The position numbers and the translations under genes are program-made. The notes beneath the pieces were generated by a model. It was not told the origin of the DNA and did not search any database. It was given only the letters and a program-made list of their open reading frames with translations. From Malacoraja senta (taxonomy: Eukaryota), in the NCBI GenBank assembly GCA_038087875.1, contig CM075989.1:19098001-19162000 (forward strand): 64,000 nucleotides of DNA, written 5' to 3'. Positions 52,106-62,494 of this stretch are shown in pieces (positions within the stretch are counted from its first letter, which is position 1; each line of letters opens with the position of its first letter).

Positions 52106-52893
52106 CTTTTATATGTGTTTGCACTCTGATGCAACATTTTCTTCTTTTGATACAAGTTTGCAGGATGGGTGCACCATTTTCCATCACTAGTTTGAAAACG
52201 GTACACGTGGAAATATCAGGTATGAGACGATTTACAGTTCACACCAAATGACCAGTGCCATTACAATGGCGTTTCATTATCAAATCCAATGGAAAGTGAG
52301 CCTTTCTGGTAAAGCTGTTTCTTTTAAGTCTGAAAAACACCGATAACACTCATTGCCATAAATGGACAAACTGTGGATTGTTAAGTTTAATTTCGACCAG
52401 GGCACAAAAGCTGGTTTCTGACTATAACACAGACACATACACACTGCCATAAACAAAAGCATCCAAATAGATTTGGTTATGCAATACTTTAGCCAATTTA
52501 CTCCAACGATTAGTGCAATTCTTTTGTGATACTCAGTGGGACTAGAAGAAAGGATTCATAATTCTGCAGATACTTCCCCTCATTTTCCACCATCCCACAA
52601 TAAATCAGACCTCCAATTATTCAAGCTCAATGCCTTCTGAAAACATTAAAGGATACTTCATTGTACTGTAGACCGTATACCTTTTAAAAAGTTTGTGTAC
52701 ATTAAACAAACTTAACACTAGCAAACTGCAGACAAAAGTTTGAGAATCTCCATACTGTTTTGCTGCTCTGTTCCATATGATGGCAACATCCAGATATATT
52801 ATAAAAATGGAGATATAAAATTGGAAAACATTGTGCGTGAGAAATTTATATCTTCTAGGATGTTAGCAGCTGTTCCAATGAGTTTCTTGCAGT

Positions 52894-53016
52894 CTATCGG
52901 ACGGCAAGAAGGCACGCTAATCCAGCTATACCAAAGCCAGCAACCGTTATCAGCATGTTTCGTACTGTTGACTCTTGCCAATGGTCATCGCTTCCAAAGA
53001 ATCGGAGAAATCCTTC
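52894..53016 (-). CDS. BCL2L10: BCL2L10 coding exon 2 (end of BH2 and C-terminal transmembrane anchor)
   Basis: Pyrimidine-rich acceptor tttctctattgccttgatAG, phase 0, joining GGW to EGFLRFFGSDDHWQESTVRNMLITVAGFGIAGLACLLAVR-stop (TAG at 52894-52896). The GGW/EGF..FF junction and the AGFGIAGLAxLLxVR tail are Nr-13-type. The intron is 53017-55872. This exon is not in the ORF track. Confidence 0.93.
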   Translation of the reverse strand, partial: EGFLRFFGSDDHWQESTVRNMLITVAGFGIAGLACLLAVR

Positions 53017-53334
53017 CTATCAAGGCAATAGAGAAATGGTTCAAGAAATCATTCATTTTTCAAAAGGCTAAATTAATGTTCAGGGGCAACTGCAAAGGAT
53101 TCAAAAGATAGGTTTGCTGATGCATAAAATGGTAATTCCCTTGTGTAGATGCCCCAAGACAGGATGCTGTCCTTCCAATGAAAAATAATAAAGTCCAATT
53201 ATAAATATTAATCCTAGTACATCCTGACCTAGCTTTTATAATTAAACCCCTAGGCGCAGGATCGATTGCAATCAATAAAGATACTTCAAATTTTAGCATC
53301 AGTTAAATCAATTCCAAACCTGTCTCAATCATAA

Positions 53335-53442
53335 GTAGGAAGGAACTGCAGATGCTGGTTTATACTGAAGATAGACACAAAACGCTGGAGTAACTCAGCG
53401 GCTCAGGAAGCATGTCTGGAGAAAAGGAATCGGTGTCTATCT
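53335..53442 (-). mobile_element. Penelope-derived mini-element in the BCL2L10 intron
   Basis: 10-bp TSD tcaatcataa at 53325-53334 and 53443-53452. Confidence 0.8.
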
Positions 53443-55486
53443 TCAATCATAAAAAATATGATTTGAATGTGAATACATATCCGTGGCAGATTGCAGAACT
53501 ACAGGGTCCATTCACAGCAGAAAGAATTCTTTCACTGAATATTTCAACCACATTTAGTTAAAAAAATATTGCTCAACTCTATTTTCAATTCCTGATCTTA
53601 AAAAAGTGGGAACAAAAACTCAGTACAATGCTGTAGCCGGATCATTTGCATGCTCGGAGATCAGTTTCAAAGCTTATGCATATCACTGCTCAATGCAGAA
53701 ATCAACTTCATTCAAAAAAAAGGGGAAAGGCTGAGCAGCTGTGTTTGCTTCAAGAACCACTCAATATCATGCATTGTGTATGAATAAGCCCACCTGGTGC
53801 ATTGATGCATCATCTGCCAGATGCCTATGTAAATTTGCCCAGCCCTTATTTCTTCAGGCACTTTATTCATTAATACTTCCAATCTACTTACTAGCACCAT
53901 GGTAAAAAAAAATCTTGCTATATCTATTTAAATATGTTACTCAGATTCAGGTCCTTCAAAGGTGATCATTTAAATACTCACATTAACAATGAATTTTGAT
54001 CAATATTACGTTAAAATTTTCCATTCTTTGTACTGAACAAGGTTTATAGTTACACCAATTGTTTTTTAGTCCCAAAATCCCGATTAAATTTGTATCTAGT
54101 CCACACTTTGGCAATGCGCTTTACCACATTTTCCACACTACCCTTATGACCCCGACTGGAGAAAAATGCAAAACATTTCCTGGCGGTATTTTACCGATGC
54201 CAAATTAACATTCTTCTTACACAGAACTTTTTATTCATGCCTAAACTCATAATAGCATTACAAAATAGGAGAAATGCAGCATGAATTTGTCAGTGTTTAT
54301 ACCTCCACCTACATTACAAGCAGGTTAAATAAAGCCTACATTCATAAAGGGCAAGGCTATAAATATCAGGTAACAGGAGGCAAACATTCAAAATAATTGC
54401 CTCAGCCTGGTTATTAATGCCTTAGTTATGACAGACTAGTGTCATAGTCATGCTTAATAGCCAGCAGGGACTTGAATGTTGAAATGCTGAGAGGGTGATG
54501 TGGCATTTCTGTACAAAGATCAGCGACAAGCAATGAGAACATGCTTTTATCTCGCCTTTTGGTGCATTTGTATTGACAAAGCTTCACTTACAAAGGGCCA
54601 GACTGCAGCCACTGAAGGCTCTGTGAGGGAGGACAACAGTACAGGGTCCTTCTGCTGTTGGGGGGGAATGGGGGGAGAAAGAAGAGGGAGGACTGAGACC
54701 AGTGGAGACACCCATCAAGCAAGGGAAGGGGACATCACCCCAGGGGGCCACACAAGTAGCAATGATGGGGACGTGCTAACACTAGTGTGGATAACACTGA
54801 CAAGATAGAATATAGACACATACGAAGAAAGTATTAATGTTTTTTGTACAGTAGTTTTACATTAAAGATAGGTTTGATATTAACTTAGGGGTAGCAGCAA
54901 CACACATCCCATACTCAGAACAACCCATGTGGAGAAGTAACATGGCATTTTCTCTTCACATCCCAGTTGAGAAAGTGGATGGGGGTGCATTAACAGTGTG
55001 ATTGGAAAGGATGGAGGGGGTAAGAGACAGCCATGGTAGAAGGGGGTACGGTGTAAGGATGGGGAGAGACAGAGTGGAGGGGGGGAAACAGCTAGGGTAG
55101 GGGGGAGGGGAGGAGAAAGGAATGGAAAGAGACAACTGGGATGTGGAAGGAAAGGGGGACTGATGGGGTGAAAGAGGTGTTGGAGACAGCTGGGGTGTGG
55201 CAGGGAAGGAGAAGAGACAGCTGAGGAGGAAGGGGGAGAGGGCTGATGGGGAGGAAAAAAGGAGAAAGAAAGGATGTGGAAGGACACAGCTAAGTGTGGA
55301 AGGTGGGGGGGGGGGGAGACAGCTGGGGTGGGACGAGAGGCAACGGGGGGGGGGGGGGGGACGGGAGAAGGAGAAAGGAAGAAGAAATGAAGGTGGGAAG
55401 GCAGCTGGGGCGTGTAAAGGAAAGGGGAGACAGCTGGGGTGGAAGGGGAGCAGCTGAGGGGGAAGAGGAAAGAGGGGGAGGAGGCA

Positions 55487-55720
55487 AAGTGTTTAAGAAG
55501 GAACTGCAGATGCTGGAAAATCGAAGGTAGACAAAAGTGCTGGAGAAACTCAGCGGGTGCAGCAGCATCTATGGAGCGAAGGAAATAGGCAACGTTTCGG
55601 GTGCAGCAGCATCTATGGAGCGAAGGAAATAGGCAACGTTTCGGCCCGAAACGTTGCCTATTTCCTTCGCTCCATAGATGCTGCTGCACCCGCTGTGTTT
55701 CTCCAGCACTTTTGTCTACC
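55487..55720 (-). mobile_element. Fold-back Penelope-derived mini-element in the BCL2L10 intron
   Basis: 14-bp TSD agggggaggaggca at 55473-55486 and 55721-55734. Inverted arms plus an internal tandem duplication. Confidence 0.85.
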
Positions 55721-55872
55721 AGGGGGAGGAGGCAGCCTGGTTAGAAGGGGGTTGAGAAACATGGAACTGCTGAGGCTGGTTAACAAAGGAAGACACAAAG
55801 CGCTGGAGTCACTCAGCGGGTCAGGCAGCATCTCTGCAGAGGGGGGGCCCCAGCTCCCTCTATCTCTCTCAC

Positions 55873-56308
55873 CCAGCCTCCGTTCTGCTCCATCCAGTCG
55901 CGCCGCTCCTTGCCCAGGTAGTTGGCCACACTCTCGGCCAGCATGTCCAGCGGGCCGGGCCCGGCCTCGGGCCACATGGCGACGCCCGAGTCGCGGAGAT
56001 GGCGGCCCAGCACGCCGGCGAAGGCGAAGATGCTCACCACCCGGCCCCAGTTCATCTTCTCGTCGGCCGACATCTCCTCCACCACCCGCCGCAGGAAGTC
56101 CGCCGCCGCCTGGGCCTGGGCCTCTGCCGCCTCCTGCTTGTCAGGCCCGGCTCCAGCTCCGGCTCCAGCTCCGGGCCCGCTCCTCGGCCTGGCGTAGACC
56201 TGCAGGCCGTTGTCCAGCCGGCTCTTCATGCTGCTGAAGGCGGCCTGGTGCTGCTCCACCATCTGGTCGGCCACCTTGCGCAGGGTGCAGGCCGTCTTGT
56301 CGGGCGGC

Positions 56309-56347
<39 letters not shown>

Positions 56348-56451
56348 CCCGACGAGCCCGAGCCCGAGCCTGCTGGGCCCGGGCCCAGGCAATGCTGCAG
56401 GTAGTCCTGGGCCAGTGCCAGCGCCTGTTCCCTCAGCGTGGCCTCCGGCAT
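55873..56451 (-). CDS. BCL2L10: BCL2L10/Nr-13-like anti-apoptotic Bcl-2 family protein, coding exon 1 (193 codons; BH4, BH3, BH1 and most of BH2)
   Basis: ATG at 56451 in GCGGCAATGC context. Translation MPEATLREQALALAQDYLQHCLG (BH4-like), LRKVADQM (BH3), KMNWGRVVSIFAFAG (BH1; NWGR at 56041-56052), YLGKERRDWMEQNGGW (BH2). This is followed directly by a GTGAGA donor at 55872, the conserved Bcl-2-family intron position after GGW. The motifs resemble chicken Nr-13 and zebrafish Nrz as recalled. Confidence 0.93.
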
Positions 56452-56835
56452 TGCCGCCTGTCCGTCCGCCCGCCCCGGCGACGGCCGCACGATGACCCCG
56501 AGCCCGGCCGCGGTTGCCTCGGCGACGGCCGCTCGTTGCCCCTGCGATCGCTCGCGCTCCGCTCCCTCCCCCCCCCCCTGCTTGCTCTTGCTCTGCGCTC
56601 GCGCCCTGTGCCCGTTCTCGCGCCGCGGCAGTTGCCCAGCGACGCCTCCCTTTCCCTCCGCCCGCAAACTGCCCGTCGCTCGCTGCGCCGTCCCTTTAAC
56701 CCGCGTGGCGCCGCCCCCTTTGTGACGCCACCCGCGTCACCGTATTTTAAAGGGCCGGCCGCTGGCCGCTGACCACCCAGTCCCACGGCGGCGGCGCCGT
56801 GGGCAGCAGCGGGGCGGAGCCCTGTGTGAGTCAGT
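55880..56835. promoter_or_regulatory. CpG island covering the BCL2L10 promoter, 5' UTR and exon 1
   Basis: Very GC-rich with dense CpG against a CpG-poor background. GC boxes at 56711-56716 and 56811-56820, inverted TGACG half-sites at 56722-56740, AP-1 heptamer TGAGTCA at 56827-56833, and an AT-rich TTTAAAATA (minus) at 56743-56751. Confidence 0.75.
56311..56343 (-). repeat. Coding (CAG)11 trinucleotide repeat (polyQ) in BCL2L10
   Basis: Eleven uninterrupted ctg triplets on the plus strand, in frame as Q11. Confidence 0.95.
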
Positions 56836-56868
56836 TCGTCTGACACCACCCTTACACTCATTATCCCG

Positions 56869-57200
56869 TCCATCTGAACCACCTCACACCCCGTCATCTC
56901 CTCCATTTGAACCACCTCAGACCCCGTCATCTCCTCCATTTGAACCACCTCACACCCCGTCATCTCCTCCATCTGAACCACCTCACACCCCGTCATCTCC
57001 TCCATTTGAACCACCTCACACCCCGTTATCCTCTCCATCTTAACCACCCAGATTCCATCTCCCATCTTTTTGAACCACACCAGACCCCATCCTCTGAACC
57101 ACCCAGATCCCACCATCCCCTCCATTAGACACCAAGACCCCACCATCCCCTCCATTAGACACCAAGACCCCTCCATCCCCTCCATTAGACACCGACCCCA
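56869..57200. repeat. Compound minisatellite: about five 33-bp units, then about three 30-bp units
   Basis: tccat recurs at 56869, 56902, 56935, 56968, 57001 and 57034 (period 33). tccattagac recurs at 57121, 57151 and 57181 (period 30). Degenerate copies continue to about 57690. Confidence 0.9.
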
Positions 57201-57282
57201 TCATCCCCTCCATCGTAACCCACCCAGACACCATCATCCCGTCCACCTGCACCTCCTCAGACCCCATCTCTATCAGACACCA

Positions 57283-57414
57283 TCACCATCATCATCGGCG
57301 GTCACTCTTTTGGGAGGACGCCTGTGCGTGACTTTGTTTAACGTGGGGAGACTGGTGTGCACAGATAGCCACCACACGGTTCTTGACAGATCTGGGTCAG
57401 GATCCAGTGGTATG
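57283..57414 (-). mobile_element. Short RTE-like LINE 3' tail inserted in the minisatellite
   Basis: (CAT)n on the plus strand is an (ATG)n tail on the minus strand. Flanking duplication gacacca at 57276-57282 and 57415-57421. Confidence 0.55.
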
Positions 57415-59093
57415 GACACCAAGACCCCATCATCCCCGCTGTCTGAACCACCCAGATCTCATCTCCCCCTCCATCTGAACCTCCTCAGCCCCTATCAGTC
57501 ACTGAACCACTCATCATCCCAGTCCCCCCATCTCAACCGAATCACCCTGCCCTCAGCCCAGACTGAGAGCCCAGACAATGTGTGCCCCTGCCAACCAATT
57601 CTCAGCACCCACCTCAGTAATCATCCCCGCATCTGAACCACTCCAGCCCCCACCCCGCTCCATCTGAACCATTCCAGCCCCCACCCCTGCTAAGTACCCA
57701 GATAGTGTGTGCTCTCCCACTCACCAATTTCTACAATCCCTTCCAAAGAATCCACACAATGCCACACTTCTCCTTCACTGCCCAATTCTCACCAACACAA
57801 AGGTCCATACAGTGCCATGCACAACCTTCACTACCCCAGTCCTCATCACCAAACAACCTGCATACTGCCGTGCATTCACACCTCCACGAGCTAATCGCCC
57901 GACCCCTGCCCCTCCCAGACCCACTCCAATGCCACCCATCCTGCCCCAATCCAGAGACGAGAGTGTTTAATTATCATAAGTAATGACAATGGAACAATAA
58001 CATTCTTACTAGCTGCAGGTTAACACGCCCATAATTGCAATATGTAACGTCCGATTCACTTCTACCACATTGCAGACATTGGACTCTGTCTCTCAAACTG
58101 ACACGTTACAATGCTGAGAACTAACTTCTGCATCCTGTATCTTCCCCTTTGCTCTACCTATTGTACTTGAATTTGACTTATTTCTATTTATGTATAGGAA
58201 GGAACTCGTTTATACCGAAGATATACACAAAATGCTGGAGTAACTCAGCATGTCATGCAGCATCTCTGGAGAAAAGGAATAGGTGACATTTTGGGTCGGA
58301 GCCCTTCTTCAGACTTTATAGTATTATTTGATCTTGGAGGGCAGCAAGCTAAACAAAGCTTTTCACTGTGCCTTGGTACATGCAACCTAAACCATAATAA
58401 CCTAAACGTAATGAGGAGGAATTTCTTTAGTCAGAGGGGGGTGAATCCGTGGAATTCATTGCCACACACGGCTGTGGAGGACGTCAATGATATTTTTATG
58501 GTGGAGAGTGACACATTCTTGATTAGTATGGTGTCAGGGGTTATGGGGAGAAGGCAGGAGAATGGGTTGAGAGGGAAAGATAGATCAGCCATGATTGCAT
58601 GGTGGAGTAGAATTGATGGGCCGAATGGCTTAATTCTGCTACTAGAACTTATTGTTTTGTTGATTAGTTCATAAGTTAACAACAGTAGTACTCGGTAACC
58701 ATAATAGTGTGAAAACCAAAGACTGTAGTGCAACTGGGGACACATTCCGTGGTAGGTCATAGTTGCTGACATTAATGTTGTGTAGATTTCCACAGACTTA
58801 TGGTTGCTCCCCATTCCTGCAAATGTCTGCACTGTACTTTGTACAAGAGTCAAGAGTGTTGTCATATGCACCAATAAAGGAACAATTAAATTCTTGCAGC
58901 AATGTAACAGTCTGTAAATGCAATAAGCATAGGTAATATATACTAAACAAAAATTCAATAAATTAGTAATCTAGCCCCTAGTTACTAGTGCAAAAAACCC
59001 CCAAAAACCCAAAGGCCTTAATGGAAACCAAGGACAGTACATAGAACTTTATAGTTCAGGTTAGTGTTGCATAGTGTCCATAAGCCAGCATTG

Positions 59094-59962
59094 GGCGGCA
59101 GTGGTAGAGTTGCAGCGCCAGAGACCTGGGTTCGATCCTGACCATGGGTGCTGTCTGTATGGAGTTTGTACATTCTCCCTGTGACCCCGTGGGTTTTCTC
59201 CAGGTGCTCCAGTTTCCTCCCACACAACAGAGACATGCAGGTTTGTAGGTTAATTGTCTTCTGTAAATTTGTTCCTAGGGTGTACGATATTGCTAGTGTA
59301 CAGGATGGTCAGCGCGGACTCTTTACAGATTACTGCAACTCCCTTTACACTGGCATCAGCCAATCTTCCCTGTCCCACCTGCAACTGGTCCAAAACGCCG
59401 CAGCGAGACTCCTGACGGGCACCCGAAAAAGGGACCACATCACCCCGATCCTGGCCTCTCTCCACTGGCTCCCTGTGCGGTTCCGTATAAACTTCAAGAT
59501 CCTCCTCCATGTCTACAAAGCCCTCAATGGGCTTGCCCCCACCTACATAAAAAGTCTTCTCACCCACCACTCCACCTCCAGGCCCCTCAGATCGGCCGAC
59601 TTGGGGTTGCTGAATATCCCACGGTCTAGGCATAAGCTCAGGGGCGACCGCGCCTTTGCGGTTGCAGCCCCTAGACTGTGGAACAGCATCCCCTTTCCCA
59701 TCAGAACTGCCCCCTCCATCGACTCTTTTAAGTCAAGACTAAAGACTTATCTATACTCCCAAGCCTTTCCTGACGTCCTGTGAGAGGGCTACATGTATAT
59801 ATGTATGTAGTTTGTTTTGTTGTGCTATTCTTATAACAAATGTAAAGCACTTTGGCCAACGAGAGTTGTTTTTTAAATGTGCTATATAAATAAATGTGCC
59901 TTGACTTGACTTGACTCTGGTCTGAAGGGTCTGTTTCCATGCTGTATCTCTAAAGTCTAAAG
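59094..59962 (+). mobile_element. HE1-like tRNA-derived V-SINE interrupted by L2
   Basis: A-box/B-box head (ggttcgatcc), V-domain (gtttgtacattctccc...tttcctcccaca) and CR1-like tail (ctgtttccatgctgtatctctaaa). Confidence 0.85.
59323..59912 (+). mobile_element. L2-clade LINE 3' end nested in a SINE
   Basis: DYCNSL...LQLVQNAAARLLT...HITPILASLHWLPVRFRINFKIL...GDRAFAVAAPRLWN is the L2 ORF2 C-terminus. (TTGAC)n tail, with gactct duplicated at 59317-59322 and 59913-59918. Confidence 0.9.
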
Positions 59963-60434
59963 CCTGATAGTTGTCGTGAAATCTGTACTTGAATCTGGTG
60001 GTTGGTCAGTATTATGACTCCTGTACCTTCTTCCCTATGGTAGGCTAGATGAGAGCATATCCAGAGTAGCGTGTGCCATGATGATATTGGCTGCCGTTTG
60101 GAGGCAGTGCCTCCTGTAGATTTTCACCTTGTCTCAAACCTATCAACATACATATCTACCTAATGTCAAGCAAAGTCCTACACCAATTCTCACTGCTCTA
60201 AAGGTCCACTTGGCCATGCACATCCAACGTATTACCAAACCTTAAACTTCACCAATCCCACCTGCACCCCATACCCCTCCTTTATTCCTCATCTCCCCAC
60301 CCAGTCTCATTCCTTGGCCCCATCCACCCACACCACCTTAGTTACAAAAGTGACTGCACATTAATGAACAAAAGGCTTCACCGGCTGGTTGGGACAATTT
60401 GGGCCTTGAACAGTGCCATATAAATGCATCTTAA

Positions 60435-61140
60435 GAGTCATGGTGTCAAGAGAGCTGTACAACACTGAAACAGGCCCTTCAACCCACCTTGTCCATGGCA
60501 AACAAGTGGGCATATTGGGCTAGTCACATTTTCCTGCATCTGCCTTATAGCCTTAAACCTCCCCTATCCATATATCTACCAAATGTCTTTTCAAAATTTG
60601 TTTCCACCTCTGTAGCTTCCTCGAGCAGCTCATTCCAGAATCAGATCACCCTCTGGGTTGCCACTGAAGTCCAGCTCAAATCTCTCCCCTCTTACCTTAA
60701 CCTTCTGCCTTCTAATTTTAGAATCATTTACCCTGGGAGAAAAGATTGTGGGTGTTACTTTATATGAATGGGATGAATTCATAGAGAGACAGCACTTTAT
60801 TTCAATGAGACATGATCATGAGTGCACACAATTATGAAAGGAATAGATCGGGCAAATGCAGAGTCTTTTGCAAAGAGTAGTGGAATCGAGAAACAGAGGA
60901 CAAGGGCTTAAGGTGAGGAGGGAATTTTTTAATAGGAATCATTGGGGTAACCCTATTTACACAAAGGGTGGTGGGTGTGTGGAATGAGCTGCCGGAGGAG
61001 GTGCAGGTAGTTGAGGCAGGCAGATCACAGATTGGACAGGAACATGGATCGGATAGGTTTAGAGGGTTATGGACCAAGCACAGGCAGGTGGGACTAGTGT
61101 AGATGGGGCATGTTGGTCGGCGTGGGGAAGTTGGGCCAAA
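60435..61140. mobile_element. Two CR1 3' fragments in opposite orientations
   Basis: Minus copy at 60435-60765 and plus copy at 60825-61140. Confidence 0.7.
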
Positions 61141-62272
61141 GGAATATTCTATGTATCAAACACCGTCCTGGTGAATCTTAGGCGTATAATAAGAGCTGGT
61201 GTTAAACACTAAATGCTCGAGTTATTCAGCGGGTCAGGCAGCATCTCTGTGGTAGATGATCCGAAACATCACCTATTCCTTTTCTCCAGAGATGCTGCCT
61301 GACCCCTTGAGTTACTACAGCATTTTGTGCCTATCTTTGGTGTAAACCAACATCTGCAGTTCCTTCTTACGGGCAGGGCTTTCAAATTAAATGCTTAACC
61401 AGGGCCACAGCTGCTGCTTCAAGGATTTTAAAAGATGCCACGCATCCTCACGATGTTGCAGATAATCGAGCAGATCAGCAGGAATTGTCACAAAGCATTG
61501 CATTTTGCCAGATGCTTGGTCCATCCACAAGATACATAATCAGCAACTTCCGAGGCCAAGAAGACTTGCAATCTTTTGCTTCTCTTTCCCTTCCTTTAAA
61601 AGTAGCATTTTGCTTAGTCATGGTGCGGATGAAGCGGATTTAGTTACAGAATTGCAAGTAAAAATCAATACAATCGAATATCCGGCCACAACATAAGCAT
61701 CAGATCAGATTATTGAAAATGATTTCAAATTGTTAAAAAACAACATATGACAGTTTGAAGGCACAAGAAAATGCAGATGCTGGAGTCTTGAGCCAAAACC
61801 AAAAGGCTAGAGAATTCAGCGGGTCAGGCAGCATCTATTTAGATAATGGGCAGATGATGTTTCGGGTCAGGTTCCTTCTTCAGACCAGAGATAGCCAACC
61901 TGTCCAAGTTCTTCTGCAGCCTCAACACTATCTTCCCCTCCACCCATCTTCGTATTGTCTGCAAACTTGGCCACAAAGCCACCAATTACCTCATCCAGAT
62001 CGTTAACATGTAATGTGAAAAGTAGCAGACCTTACACTCCTGACTCCTGCGAAACACCACTGGGCATCGGCAGCAAGCCAGAAAAAGCTCCCTTTATTCC
62101 AACTCTTTACCTCTCGCCTTAAAGCTATGTCCTCTAGCCTTTGACATTTTCAGCCTGGGAAAAAGGTTCTGACTGTTTGCCCCATCTATGCCTCTTCATA
62201 ATTTTATAAACTTCCATCAGGTCTCCACTCATACTCTGACATTCGAGGGAAACCATCCAGCCTGTTAAGTTA

Positions 62273-62443
62273 AAGGTAGACAAAAATGCTGGAGAAACTC
62301 AGCGGGTGAGGCAGCATCTATGGTGCGAAGGAATAGGTATTAATAGGAATACCTATTCCTTCGCTCCATAGATGCTGCCTCACCCGCTGAGTTTCTCCAG
62401 CATTTTTGTCCACCTTTGATTTTTCCAGTTTTTTCTTAAACAA
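62273..62443 (+). mobile_element. Fold-back Penelope-derived mini-element lacking the hammerhead core
   Basis: 15-bp TSD cagcctgttaagtta at 62258-62272 and 62444-62458. About 69-bp arms around a 6-nt loop. Confidence 0.85.
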
Positions 62444-62494
62444 CAGCCTGTTAAGTTAGACAAGTTTGTAAAATCCAAAAACATTTGCCATTAT

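Noticed and set aside
54880..55689. 269-aa Pro/Ser-rich minus-strand ORF
   Set aside because: Made of a Penelope hairpin plus low-complexity intronic purine tract.
55813..55872. C-terminal VREIEGAGAPPLQRCCLTR of the 284-aa ORF
   Set aside because: This is read-through into the intron past the GT donor. The true C-terminus is in exon 2.
56452..56667. 72-codon N-terminal extension of BCL2L10 in the ORF track
   Set aside because: It begins at a TTG, not ATG. Homology starts at the ATG at 56451, and an open frame is expected in very GC-rich 5' UTR.
55557..57185. Overlapping 226-, 257- and 250-aa ORFs around exon 1
   Set aside because: Antisense or alternative-frame shadows of GC-rich coding DNA and the 33-bp minisatellite, with no recognisable domains.
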